Positions 1 through 10,383 of a stretch of DNA of 64,000 bases are shown in pieces. Under the pieces are notes generated by a model. The model did not search any database, was not told the origin of the DNA, and saw only the letters and a list, made by a program, of their open reading frames with translations. Each line of letters begins with the position of its first letter. Within the stretch, counting starts at the first letter, position 1. The stretch is from Candidatus Iainarchaeum sp. (lineage in GTDB: Archaea > Iainarchaeota > Iainarchaeia > Iainarchaeales > JAZDFD01): NCBI GenBank assembly GCA_043808155.1, contig JAZDFD010000028.1:1-64000 (forward strand). The letters are read 5' to 3'. Position numbers and translations under genes: made by a program.

Positions 1-426
1 AAATGTCCGAATACTCTCCAAAATGTCCGATAAGTGTCCGATAAAAATGTCGCGAAAGCTTTGAAAATGTCGCGATAATGTCGGGAATGATACGCTAGCC
101 TCAAAAATGGTGCGCAAATGGTACGCAAAAATAAAGGCAGAAAAAGACTTATTGACAACAAAAACAAAGCAATTGTAAAAGAGGCTCAGGAAGCCAAGCA
201 GATTATTCAGCAGCTGAATATTTATATTGCTAAATTAGAGCCGAAGAAAGAGTATAATTTTGCAGTTTATAGATAAGAAATCCATTTAAAAATATTTTGA
301 AGTTGTCATCTTTATACATAAGTTTTGTTTATGCTGGATTAATGATCAACTATATAAGAAAGAAGAGTAACAACCGTTTTTTAACCCAAGAAAATATATT
401 TAAAGAACAACAGCACTTTTAATAGC

Positions 427-1269
427 ATGAGGAAACTGTTATTTCTTTTGATACTACTTCTCCTTTTTACAACAGCGTTTGCTATATTTGCTCTAAGCCC
501 TATTGATGAAGTTACAACAATGCTGAGGCAGATGGAAGGACAGTCGGGGATATTTGCAAAAACCTCAAATATGCCCCTAAGTGCAGATTATGGCAAAGTT
601 CTTTCAAAATCACCCCTCACTGAAAAAATTAAATTAAGTGAGAAACAGTTGTGTTTGAGTTTGGGCAATTTTGAAGGCAGCGCAGATTGGAAAAAAGACA
701 AAACAGAAATAAGCTATGTTGGAACACAAGATATTTTTGTTAATTTTGGAGTATTTTGTGATAAGAGCAATACCTTTAGAGAAAATATAGAAGAGGGCAG
801 TAAAGGTGTGCTTAAGGATGAATATTTGAATGAGTGCACACTCCCAAAAACTGATGAAATATTCTGCATTGTTGCATTGATAGGTTCAGAGCAGGATTAT
901 AGTAAGGGAGTAGGGGCTTTCACTGATTTGGCTGCAATTGCACTGATAACTCTGCTTATTATTTCATTAATACTCCTAATTTTAAAAATAAGAAAAAGAC
1001 TTTCAAAGATAATTTATGTGTTGAATTTAATTTTACTATTGCTCGTTCTTTCACTAATCTTTTTTAATTTATACAAGTTCATTCCCCTCTTTGCCCAGTC
1101 TGCTGTATTTGTGGTTCTGATTCTTTTAATTGTTGGATTGGGAGTTGTGGGTTTGTTGAAGCGCAGTAAAGATGAAACAAAATTAATAAAGTGGCTTTCT
1201 TGGGCTGTTTTAATTATGGATGTAATTGTCTGGCCTGTATTGCTGCTTAGTGTTATGCAGGTAATATAG
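427..1269 (+). CDS. Hypothetical membrane protein (signal peptide, extracellular domain, about 4 C-terminal TM helices)
   Basis: Hydrophobic N-terminus and four hydrophobic C-terminal segments in the 280 aa ORF. Confidence 0.7.
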   Translation: MRKLLFLLILLLLFTTAFAIFALSPIDEVTTMLRQMEGQSGIFAKTSNMPLSADYGKVLSKSPLTEKIKLSEKQLCLSLGNFEGSADWKKDKTEISYVGTQDIFVNFGVFCDKSNTFRENIEEGSKGVLKDEYLNECTLPKTDEIFCIVALIGSEQDYSKGVGAFTDLAAIALITLLIISLILLILKIRKRLSKIIYVLNLILLLLVLSLIFFNLYKFIPLFAQSAVFVVLILLIVGLGVVGLLKRSKDETKLIKWLSWAVLIMDVIVWPVLLLSVMQVI

Positions 1270-1377
1270 TAAGTCTGTTTATCGGTAAATTCAGCACCCA
1301 AAATACTCTTCCAATGATGTACTACCATTGTTTTAATGTACCAAAAGCAGTTTAAATAAAAAAATGACAGTACATAT

Positions 1378-2790
1378 ATGACGCAAGCAATAGTTGCAAT
1401 AACATTATTTGTCTCATTACTGTTGCTTGCAGGATGCATTAACTGGAATACTGAAGTGTATCCGGCAACTTCTGCTTTTCCACAAATCGCAGTAGATTCT
1501 CAAGATAATGTTCACATAATTTGGATGGATAATAGAGGCAGGGGAGAGTATCTTTCTTCTATTTGGAGAATTTATTATAGTAAATTAGACAAAGATGGAA
1601 AAATCGTTATTGATAATAAAATACTGACAAATCCTGAATCTTCGCACATCTACAGGCATAACATCTGGGGCGGCATTGACTATCAAATCAAGTTAGGTTC
1701 ACAAGATAAAATCTATTTAACTTCTAAACTTGGTTATATGGAATTAGATAGAGAGAAGGGCATAATTGTTGGGGAAGAAAAAGATTTTGATAATTATGTA
1801 ATCATGGGACCTCTTGATGCAAAACCAGACAGATATAAAGAAATAGTTCATGGAGGATATAAGATGGAGGAATTATTCCAAATTGAGGACGCTGAAATAG
1901 ACACATATAACAATTTTCACTTAGTTTGGAGTTATTGGGCGGGAGAGGTTTACTATAAAAAATTGAATGAAGAGGGGAAACTGCTAGTTGGAGACATGAT
2001 AAAAAACGAAGGATTAAAGCTTGAAGGCCATACTGGGGAAAGTAAATGGACTGGCTTTGAGGCAATAAAATTGAAGGAAGACAGAAGTTTTGTTGAAGGT
2101 AATCCTAAAATTGCATTAGATTCTCATAATAATGCATACGTAGCTTGGCGAGATAGCAGAGATGATAAAGACCAAAAACACCCCCTGACTGCCAAAATTT
2201 ATTACACAAAATTAGATACTACTGGCAATACATTAATTGACGATACCGCCCTAAACTGCAAATATTATTATTCTGATGTATCAGAGTTTGTGATAAAAAC
2301 AGACTCTGCCAACAATCTTCATATAGCGTGGATAGCTGATAACAGCAGAATTTACTATGCAAAATTAGATAAGGACGGGCAAATCTTAAATTATTGCAAA
2401 AAATTAAATAAATATTCAGGGGATAAAGCTCATTTGGATATTTCAATGGATTCCAAAAATAATATCCACATAGTTTGGGAATCTAAAAATAACATTTATT
2501 ATATGAAGCGTGATAGTTATGGAAACACTCTAATCGAGGAAACGGTAATTAGCACTGCTGATGGTTTTATTTCATCTAACCCAAAAATAGCCATAGATTC
2601 ACACAATAACATTCATGTAGTCTGGATGGATCAGAAGGATTACCCAAATGACAAAGGCAGTGATCCCAAAATGTATAGCGAAGGGTTTTATGAGATCTAT
2701 TACAAAAAATTAGATAATCGCGGCAATACCATAATCAGCGATAAAAGATTAACTCCAATTAATGATAATGTACTTATACAGTTTGATTAA
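1378..2790 (+). CDS. Secreted lipoprotein with repeated beta-propeller-like blades
   Basis: LLAGC lipobox; repeated P-x-IA(L/V/I)DS-x-(D/N)N-(V/I)H-(I/V)-x-W ... IYYxKLD units. Confidence 0.75.
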   Translation: MTQAIVAITLFVSLLLLAGCINWNTEVYPATSAFPQIAVDSQDNVHIIWMDNRGRGEYLSSIWRIYYSKLDKDGKIVIDNKILTNPESSHIYRHNIWGGIDYQIKLGSQDKIYLTSKLGYMELDREKGIIVGEEKDFDNYVIMGPLDAKPDRYKEIVHGGYKMEELFQIEDAEIDTYNNFHLVWSYWAGEVYYKKLNEEGKLLVGDMIKNEGLKLEGHTGESKWTGFEAIKLKEDRSFVEGNPKIALDSHNNAYVAWRDSRDDKDQKHPLTAKIYYTKLDTTGNTLIDDTALNCKYYYSDVSEFVIKTDSANNLHIAWIADNSRIYYAKLDKDGQILNYCKKLNKYSGDKAHLDISMDSKNNIHIVWESKNNIYYMKRDSYGNTLIEETVISTADGFISSNPKIAIDSHNNIHVVWMDQKDYPNDKGSDPKMYSEGFYEIYYKKLDNRGNTIISDKRLTPINDNVLIQFD

Positions 2791-2878
2791 TTCCGAGTTG
2801 GGCATTTGTACAGAAGCCTAACTAAATTGAAAGCTTTAAATGGGATTCAATAGAGAATATATGTTAGAGGAGTTGATT

Positions 2879-3202
2879 ATGAGGAAAATTTTGCTGGGAA
2901 TTTTAATTTTTTTAGTTTTTTTAGTCGGATGTGTTCAATCAAACGATAACGACAAAATGTCTGAAAATTTTAAATTGTGCAGTGATAACTCTGATTGCAT
3001 AGTAGATAGGGGTAATTGCTGTGGTTGTGGTAGGGGCGGAATAGCAACTGCAATAAATAAAAATTTTTCAGAGGAATGGCACAAGATTCTTGGCAACTGT
3101 ATGTGTCCTTCTGTGGAGTCAAATGATCCAACCTGTAAAGCAGAGCCAAAATGTGTGAATGGTAAGTGTGTTCTTGTCAACGGCATCTTTATTTATGAAT
3201 AA
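2879..3202 (+). CDS. Small Cys-rich lipoprotein
   Basis: MRKILLGILIFLVFLVGC lipobox after a GGAG RBS; CxxxxDC, CCGC and CVNGKC motifs; start moved from 2840 to the ATG at 2879. Confidence 0.65.
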   Translation: MRKILLGILIFLVFLVGCVQSNDNDKMSENFKLCSDNSDCIVDRGNCCGCGRGGIATAINKNFSEEWHKILGNCMCPSVESNDPTCKAEPKCVNGKCVLVNGIFIYE

Positions 3203-3253
3203 TGCAGCAAAAAACAAAACAAATATATACACCTATAGACATTATATAGCACT

Positions 3254-3385
3254 ATGCCATACACAAAAGGTGTTACAACCATACAGATGAGCCCTCAAAC
3301 ACGGGATAAACTCAAAGAATTGGGAAAAAAGGGCGAAACCTACGAGGACATTATTCTTAAACTGCTTAAATCAGCAAAGAAATAG
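3254..3385 (+). CDS. Small ribbon-helix-helix / antitoxin-like DNA-binding protein (43 aa, not in the ORF track)
   Basis: Translates as MPYTKGVTTIQMSPQTRDKLKELGKKGETYEDIILKLLKSAKK; the TTI..TR..L..GETYEDII pattern fits archaeal RHH proteins. Confidence 0.7.
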   Translation: MPYTKGVTTIQMSPQTRDKLKELGKKGETYEDIILKLLKSAKK

Positions 3386-3438
3386 GGTCTCTTAGAGCGA
3401 TGTTTTGATATGTGGGACGTCTTACTATTTGAGATACA

Positions 3439-3533
3439 AAAGTTATCACTGAAACAATAAGGAGAACTTGTTTGAGTAACAACTACGAGTTATCACTGGG
3501 ATATATTTAAATAGGTTATGCAGTGATAACTTT
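3439..3533. promoter_or_regulatory. Operator-like repeats around the fic TATA box
   Basis: AGTTATCACTG at 3441-3451 and 3488-3498; inverted copy CAGTGATAACT at 3521-3531; TATTTAAATA lies between the last two. Confidence 0.55.
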
Positions 3534-3535
3534 CT

Positions 3536-4510
3536 ATGAGCCATTTAAGTACACGTACAGTTAAGGGGAAAAAATACAACTATTTAGAGGAGTCTTTTAA
3601 GTTCAAAGGAAAATGGGTAAAAGAAAGCATTTATTTCGGGTCTGAAAAGCCTTCGCTTAAAAAATTGTTAAATGCGGTTGAAGAATTGAAAAAAAAATGC
3701 AAGAAAAAAAACCATTTAGTTTTGGTGCCTCCTTTAACTGAGTTTATCACAAACAAAACAGCGGAAAAGCTTCAGAAAGCAGCGGAAAATAAAAAAGATT
3801 TTATAAAAAAACTTTCTAAAAAACAAAAAGAGGAATTCATTAAAAGAGAAAGAATAACTTTTATAACAGATTCAAATGCGATTGAAGGAAGCTCACTAAA
3901 CTACAAAGAAACAGAGGAAATACTTTCACATGAAAAGCAAATAAAAAAAGCTGAAAAAAAGAACATTATTATAACAGGAATTGACAGAGAAGAACAAGAG
4001 GCATTAAATCTGAAAATGTGTTTAGACAGATATGATAAATATATGAAAATAAACTCAAAAATCTCTGAAAAAATGATTCTTCAACTGCACTACATTCTGC
4101 TCGAAAAAATTTCAGGGTTTGAAAAATACCAGGGTATTTACCGACCAGTTCAGGTTTATATAAGAGGCTCAACCCACGAATTTCCTTTACCGGAAAAAGT
4201 GCCAAGCTTAATAAAAGAATTAATCAACTGGCTGGAAGAAAATGGAAAAGTTGTCCACCCCGTAGAATTGGCCGCAAAGTTTCACACAAAATTTACTTCA
4301 ATTCACCCTTTTGCAGATGGAAATGGGCGAATGGCACGATTGCTGATGAATTATGTGTTGCAGCAAAAAGAATTTCCCTTCACAAACATTCCCTTAAAAA
4401 GAAGGCAGAACTACATGAAAACGCAGGCAGCCGGAAACAAGGGAGATTACAAGCCATTCACAAAATTCCTGTCAGACGAAACAATAAAACAGCATTCAAA
4501 AAGTGAATAA
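3536..4510 (+). CDS. Fic-domain protein (class II, with N-terminal beta-rich domain)
   Basis: Canonical HPFADGNGRMAR motif; SNAIEG autoinhibitory motif. Confidence 0.92.
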   Translation: MSHLSTRTVKGKKYNYLEESFKFKGKWVKESIYFGSEKPSLKKLLNAVEELKKKCKKKNHLVLVPPLTEFITNKTAEKLQKAAENKKDFIKKLSKKQKEEFIKRERITFITDSNAIEGSSLNYKETEEILSHEKQIKKAEKKNIIITGIDREEQEALNLKMCLDRYDKYMKINSKISEKMILQLHYILLEKISGFEKYQGIYRPVQVYIRGSTHEFPLPEKVPSLIKELINWLEENGKVVHPVELAAKFHTKFTSIHPFADGNGRMARLLMNYVLQQKEFPFTNIPLKRRQNYMKTQAAGNKGDYKPFTKFLSDETIKQHSKSE

Positions 4511-4675
4511 TTCAAACGAAACACTTAAATATAAGTTTGTATATAGTAATAGTAGCAACCTATAGTAGCTATAGGGTTGCTACTTGGAGCACCTCTTCGG
4601 GAGGGGGGATTACTAATTCTTAAATAGAATAAAGACATAAATGATACTGAAAAGACTGCCGGACGGAGAACGTGA

Positions 4676-5260
4676 ATGGAAAAAAAATATAAACCAATTT
4701 GGAATCTGACACTTCCTTTTTTGAGGAAAGGAAAAATGAAAGACTTTGTTGTTCATACTGAAGGTGTCGTAAGAGCCATGGAATTACTATTAGAAAAAAA
4801 TCCAGCCGATAAAAATATTTTGATCCCTGCAGCAATTTTGCATGATGTTGGATGGTCGGAAGTGCCTAAAAAACTGCAGAAAAGTAAAGCAAAAAAAGAC
4901 AGAGAAAAGGCACTGCACGCACACCTAAAATTGGCGCCACCAATAATTGAAGAAGTATTAGCAAAAGTGAGATACGACCCGCAAAAAATCAATAAAATCA
5001 TCGAAATTGTAAACGCGCACAAATTTGAAAACCCAACAGAAATTGAAAAACAACTGTTAATAGATGCGGACACAATGTCAGATTCTTTCAAGGAACAATT
5101 CTATAGTGATGTCAAAGAATATAAAACAACACCAGAAAAACTATATCAATTTAGAAAACAGAATAGATTCTATACAAAAACAGCAAAAAAATTATTTAAA
5201 ACAGAAATAGAAAAAAGAAAAAAAGAATTCAAAAAAATGAAAAATGAAGAGGTTAACTGA
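4676..5260 (+). CDS. HD-domain phosphohydrolase
   Basis: H...AAILHDVG...H...DAD motifs. Confidence 0.85.
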   Translation: MEKKYKPIWNLTLPFLRKGKMKDFVVHTEGVVRAMELLLEKNPADKNILIPAAILHDVGWSEVPKKLQKSKAKKDREKALHAHLKLAPPIIEEVLAKVRYDPQKINKIIEIVNAHKFENPTEIEKQLLIDADTMSDSFKEQFYSDVKEYKTTPEKLYQFRKQNRFYTKTAKKLFKTEIEKRKKEFKKMKNEEVN

Positions 5261-5323
5261 AAATGAAGTCCTACAAACCACACCCTACTAACCAAGCACC
5301 AATTCCCAAATCAGGGGGGGAAC

Positions 5324-6454
5324 TTACACATACATTCTGTTAGGATCTGTGTTTCTGTAAAGTTCCTGAATCTGTGTGTTGTTGCTTCTGCCAACACTGT
5401 CAAGCATTTGCTTTTCAAGAGCATTTGTGCATAAGCTTACTGCTTTGCCTTTTCTTCCCTGCCTCGCAGTTCTGCCAATCCTGTGCAAATAAGTCTCAGT
5501 TTCCGCGGGAAAATCAAAATTAACAACAAGTTCAATATCATCAACGTGAATGCCTCTTGATACAACATCTGTTGCAATGAGCATTCCGCCTCTTGAGCTC
5601 TTAAATTTGTCAATTATTTTGGTTCTTATATTTTGTGATTTATCACCATGGATTGCCAAAGTTTTTACACCTTTTTTTGAAAGCTGTCTTTCAAGCCAGT
5701 CAACTGTTCTTTTAGTTCTGCAAAAAACAAGCGCTTTCTGATTGCCATTTGATAAGACTTTCATTAAAGAGTTGATTTTATTCCTTTGGTCAACCATTAC
5801 GCAAAACTGTTCCACTTCCTGCACGGGTGCATTGTTTTTGCTGAGGTCAAAAAACACCTTGTCTTTTTTCAAATGTCTGTCAACTAAATGTCGGACATCA
5901 CTTGGCATTGTTGCAGAAAAAAGCAGTGTCTGCCTTTCCTTTGGTAAAAGTGAAATGATTCTTGCAACATCATCTCTAAATCCCATGTCAAACATTTTAT
6001 CAGCTTCATCTAAAACCAAGAAACGTGTTTTTCTAAAATCAACCATGCGTCTTGCTGAAAGATCCAAAAGTCTGCCGGGCGTTCCGACAATAATCTCAGG
6101 CCCGTTGTCAAGAAATCTAGCCTGAATGTTAAGACTCTGACCACCGAAAACCGCAACAGCTCTTATGTGGCTTCCGATTGCAATTTCTCTTATTTCTTCT
6201 TTTACCTGTGTTGCAAGTTCTCTTGTGGGAACCACAATTAATGCAGAGAATCTTTCCCCCTGCTTGATTTTTTCAATAAGTGGTATTGCAAACGCAGCAG
6301 TTTTTCCAGTGCCTGTCTGACTTTTTCCAACAACATCCTTACCCAAAAGCGCTTCAGGTATTACCATTTCCTGCACTTTTGATACTTTTTCAAAACCCTT
6401 GTTGTATAGAGCGTTGAGTATTCTTTTGTTTATATTTAGTTCTTCAAATTTCAA
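5324..6454 (-). CDS. DEAD-box RNA helicase
   Basis: QTGTGKT, PTRELA, TPGRL, DEAD, SAT and HRIGRTAR motifs. Confidence 0.95.
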   Translation of the reverse strand: MKFEELNINKRILNALYNKGFEKVSKVQEMVIPEALLGKDVVGKSQTGTGKTAAFAIPLIEKIKQGERFSALIVVPTRELATQVKEEIREIAIGSHIRAVAVFGGQSLNIQARFLDNGPEIIVGTPGRLLDLSARRMVDFRKTRFLVLDEADKMFDMGFRDDVARIISLLPKERQTLLFSATMPSDVRHLVDRHLKKDKVFFDLSKNNAPVQEVEQFCVMVDQRNKINSLMKVLSNGNQKALVFCRTKRTVDWLERQLSKKGVKTLAIHGDKSQNIRTKIIDKFKSSRGGMLIATDVVSRGIHVDDIELVVNFDFPAETETYLHRIGRTARQGRKGKAVSLCTNALEKQMLDSVGRSNNTQIQELYRNTDPNRMYV

Positions 6455-6770
6455 TTTATCACTTACTCCAATTATAAAAAATAGAAATAGCGCTATATGC
6501 GTTAAAACATCAGTGTTTTTCAGTTAAGAAAAAATAGTGTTATTTCCATCTTATTTTTTTGTATCTAATAGTATATTTGCATTATTACCATATAAAAGCC
6601 TTCGCATTGGCAAAAATCCAAAACATGGGGCTTTTTTTCAAAAAAACACGCTGAATAAGTGACATCAAAAAACTTCAATGCATTAGAAAAATACCACTAC
6701 AACAACGCAAAAACCATTAAACTATTTATATATGTTATTAGCACAATATTGTGTAAAGGGAAGTTAATCT

Positions 6771-8462
6771 ATGATTGAGAATTTTTTTCTTGAACTCGCG
6801 GCAGTAATTATAATAGCTACTTGTCTTGCTTTTCTATTTAAAAAACTAAAGCAGCCAATCCTGCTTGCGTTTATTTTTGCAGGCATTCTTCTTGGCTCTT
6901 CTTTTTTGAATGTAATTAGCTACAAAGAACTGCTACATGTTTTTTCGGAACTGGGAGTGGCTTTTCTGCTGTTTCTTGTTGGAATCAATCTTGATTTGAG
7001 GATTTTCAGAGAAATAGGGAAAACATCAGTTATAACTGGAATCGGGCAAATCATTTTTACTACAATTATCGGATTTGGGATTGCGTCACTTTTGGGCTTC
7101 GGGTTAGTGGAATCATTGTATATAGCAATCGCACTAACATTCAGCAGCACTATCATAATTGTAAAACTATTATCCGATAAGAAAGAATTGAATTCATTGT
7201 ATGGAAAAATATCTATTGGTTTCCTATTAGTACAGGATTTTGTTGCGATTTTGGTTCTTGTTGTAATAGCATCCTTTTCTTTTTCAACTGACTTAACAAG
7301 CCAGCTTTCCTTGCTTGTTTTGAATTTGATTATACTGTTTTTGCTGTTTTTCATCGCATCCAAGTTTTTGGTTAAAATAATATTTAATGCGCTTTCCAAG
7401 AATCAGGAACTTCTTTTTCTTGGGGCTATTTCCTGGTGCTTTGCTTTTGCGTCAGTAGCCATTTTTCTTGGTTTTTCCAAAGAAATTGGAGCCTTTCTAG
7501 CGGGAGTTTCAATAGCATCTCTCCCGTATTCTTATGACATATTAGGAAAATTAAAGTATCTTAGAGATTTTTTCATTGTACTGTTCTTTGTTGTTCTGGG
7601 CTCAAATTTAGTATTTGCAGCTTCCGATATAATTTTAGTCCCGGCAATAATACTTTCAATTTTTGTTCTTGTAGGGAACCCTATAATTGTTTTTATCCTG
7701 ATGGCTAAACTTGGTTACAAGAGCAGAACATGCTTTCTTTCAGGTCTGACTGTTGCCCAGATAAGCGAATTTTCCTTAATACTCATTTTCTTGGGGGCAA
7801 AATTAGGGCATGTTTCCAATGAAGTTGTTTCAATAATAACATTGGTTGCAGTTGCAACCATCAGTGTTTCCACTTATCTTATCATCTACAATAACCAATT
7901 GTATAATCATTTGTCTGCTTTTTTGCCTTTTTGGCGAAGCAAAAAATTTTTTGAAGATTCTCTGCACATTGTTGAAGATAAAGAGTATCCTTTTGTTTGC
8001 CTTGGTTTTGGAAATACGGGCAAAAGAATTTTTATTGATGATAAAGCAGATAACAAAGATGTGCTAGTTGTTGACTTTGACCCGAGGGCATTAAAAGAGG
8101 CAGGCAAACTAAACTTTCATACTCTTTATGGTGATGTGTATGATTTGGAAACAATTGATTTTATTTTAAAAGTAAAACCCAAAGTAGTTATTTCCACTGT
8201 GATGAATGTTGATTCAAACATTGTCCTGGCTAAAAAACTATTGAAGAAAAATAATAACACAATCCTTATTGTTCTGGCTCACGACGTGTATGATGCGAAA
8301 AAACTTTCTGCAGAGGGCATAGAATTTGTGTTAGTACCTTCAATTATTACTGCTGACAAAGTAAAAACCATTCTGCAAGACATTAAAGCAGGCAAAAACT
8401 TTGAGCTGAACTGGTTAAAAAACACGCAGTTTAATTATGAGAACAAGTACTATTCGAAATAG
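6771..8462 (+). CDS. Kef-type CPA2 cation/H+ antiporter with C-terminal TrkA-N/RCK domain
   Basis: About 13 TM segments; SSTIII, QDFVAI, GAFLAG, AQISEFS; C-terminal GFGNTG Rossmann motif. Confidence 0.9.
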   Translation: MIENFFLELAAVIIIATCLAFLFKKLKQPILLAFIFAGILLGSSFLNVISYKELLHVFSELGVAFLLFLVGINLDLRIFREIGKTSVITGIGQIIFTTIIGFGIASLLGFGLVESLYIAIALTFSSTIIIVKLLSDKKELNSLYGKISIGFLLVQDFVAILVLVVIASFSFSTDLTSQLSLLVLNLIILFLLFFIASKFLVKIIFNALSKNQELLFLGAISWCFAFASVAIFLGFSKEIGAFLAGVSIASLPYSYDILGKLKYLRDFFIVLFFVVLGSNLVFAASDIILVPAIILSIFVLVGNPIIVFILMAKLGYKSRTCFLSGLTVAQISEFSLILIFLGAKLGHVSNEVVSIITLVAVATISVSTYLIIYNNQLYNHLSAFLPFWRSKKFFEDSLHIVEDKEYPFVCLGFGNTGKRIFIDDKADNKDVLVVDFDPRALKEAGKLNFHTLYGDVYDLETIDFILKVKPKVVISTVMNVDSNIVLAKKLLKKNNNTILIVLAHDVYDAKKLSAEGIEFVLVPSIITADKVKTILQDIKAGKNFELNWLKNTQFNYENKYYSK

Positions 8463-8574
8463 TTTGATTAGGAGTTTTCCTTATCACTTTTTTATTTTCT
8501 TTTTTAAGTTACTACGCATAAGTGGAATTAACAACACAGATTGGTTTTAAAAGAGAATTATTTTTCTGATATAT

Positions 8575-9342
8575 ATGGATGCAATTATTTTTGGATTACT
8601 ATTAGCATTTTTTGCAGGTCTAGCCACGACAGTCGGCGGTTTAGTGGTTTTTTTTATAAAAGAACCTAAAGACTCTTATCTGGCATTCTCACTTGCATTT
8701 TCAACAGGCGTTATGATAACAGTTTCGTTTATTGAGTTACTCCCTGAAGGAATTAAAATTCTTGGTGAAAGCCAGGGGCTTATTATCTTTTTTGCAGGAG
8801 CGGCATTTGCATTTGCAATAGATTATTTTTTGCCACATAGTTTCATTGCAGAAAAGGTTACTAAAAAACAGGTTTTTGATTCAAAACTAATGAAAACAGG
8901 TGTGTTTGTTGCAATCGGATTAGCAATTCACAATTTCCCGGAAGGCTTTGCAGTTTTTGCAAGTAATTTACATTCAACAGGCCTTGGGATTACACTCGCA
9001 ATTGCGATTGCACTTCATAACATTCCGGAAGGGATTGCAATTGCAATTCCTGTATTTTTTGCAACAAAACGCAAAAGAAAAGCATTAAGCCTTGCATTTT
9101 TTGCAGGTATGGCTGAACCAATAGGCGCATTACTCGCAATGTTAATTTTGCTTCCGTTCCTTACACCTACAGTTATTGCAATCAGTTTGGTTTTTGTTGC
9201 AGGCATAATGGTTTACATATGTATTGATGAATTGTTACCTGCGTGTTATTGTCACTGCAAAAGTGAAAATTCACATTTAATGACTACTGGTTTTCTTTTA
9301 GGCAGTATTGTAATGGGTGCAACACTTGTTTTGCTTGCATAA
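8575..9342 (+). CDS. zupT: ZIP-family zinc/divalent metal transporter
   Basis: HNFPEG and HNIPEG signature motifs. Confidence 0.9.
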   Translation: MDAIIFGLLLAFFAGLATTVGGLVVFFIKEPKDSYLAFSLAFSTGVMITVSFIELLPEGIKILGESQGLIIFFAGAAFAFAIDYFLPHSFIAEKVTKKQVFDSKLMKTGVFVAIGLAIHNFPEGFAVFASNLHSTGLGITLAIAIALHNIPEGIAIAIPVFFATKRKRKALSLAFFAGMAEPIGALLAMLILLPFLTPTVIAISLVFVAGIMVYICIDELLPACYCHCKSENSHLMTTGFLLGSIVMGATLVLLA

Positions 9343-9398
9343 AAAGTCAATATAATTTATAAAGACTTCTCCTGACTAATAATAAATTCAAACAAAGT

Positions 9399-10118
9399 GT
9401 GAATTCAATGAAAAAAATTATTTTTATTTTGGTGTTATTTTTAATTTTCAGCGGATGTGTGGAACAGCCTGTTGAAAATAATGAAATTATTAATGAGCCT
9501 GTTGGAAATGAAGGACCAGAGAACACGGTTACTGATAATTTTTTAGAATTGTTTTCACAGACTCCAAATTTTAAAGCAGTTTATGTTATGACAAATAACG
9601 GAGTTAAAGGTGACGGCGGGCAAATAGCAATTTACTACAAAGACGGAAAAATAAGAAAAGATATACTGGCAGGGGACGTTTTACAGCACACTTGGATTCT
9701 GAAAGACAAAATCGTGGTTTGTGTTAAACCCGGAATACTGCCCGAGGCATGTGAAGAACAGACAATAGAAGACGCGGAAGAATCAGATTTAGAATTATAT
9801 GCTTTGAAAGTTAATACTGATTTGATAAAAGAAACTCCTGAAAAATACACAATAACTAAACTAGGTTTAAGAAAATATTCAACTGAGTTTGGGGAATGTT
9901 ACAAATTAGAACACACAATAGATGATGAGAAATTCACTTCTGAGTATTGTGCAACTGAAGACGGTATTATCTTATACATAAAAACTTTGTCTGAAAATAC
10001 AGAAGGCTTCCTTCTTTCAGAAATTGAAGCAGTTGAAGTTTTAAGAGAGGTTACTGATGCTAATTTAGAACCGCCGGTAATAAAAAATACAGGCACAAAC
10101 GATACAAATAGTAACTAA
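9399..10118 (+). CDS. Hypothetical lipoprotein
   Basis: MKKIIFILVLFLIFSGC lipobox (start probably at 9408). Confidence 0.7.
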   Translation: MNSMKKIIFILVLFLIFSGCVEQPVENNEIINEPVGNEGPENTVTDNFLELFSQTPNFKAVYVMTNNGVKGDGGQIAIYYKDGKIRKDILAGDVLQHTWILKDKIVVCVKPGILPEACEEQTIEDAEESDLELYALKVNTDLIKETPEKYTITKLGLRKYSTEFGECYKLEHTIDDEKFTSEYCATEDGIILYIKTLSENTEGFLLSEIEAVEVLREVTDANLEPPVIKNTGTNDTNSN

Positions 10119-10127
10119 AATCTGCAA

Positions 10128-10382
10128 TTAAAATTTAGAAGTATCTAAAATTTTTGCTTTTACACCTGAAATTTTACTGAGGTGTATTTTCAAAAGAGTG
10201 TTTTCTTTTTTTGTGCCTGTAAGCTGTAAAATAATTATTCCTGCGTTTGCACACATTTTTGTTGATTCATGAAGACCTACTCTCGTTTCAATACCGCACC
10301 CATATTTTGTGAGAACTTTCTGGATTGAAATTGCAGATTTTTTCCTGTCATTTACTTTTACAATCATTACCTGAGAAAACAT
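10128..10382 (-). CDS. Small ACT/NikR-C-like protein resembling the TM1266 iron-only hydrogenase system regulator family
   Basis: QKVLTKYGCGIETRVGLHE motif; located next to the [FeFe]-hydrogenase gene. Confidence 0.6.
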   Translation of the reverse strand: MFSQVMIVKVNDRKKSAISIQKVLTKYGCGIETRVGLHESTKMCANAGIIILQLTGTKKENTLLKIHLSKISGVKAKILDTSKF

Positions 10383-10383
10383 T

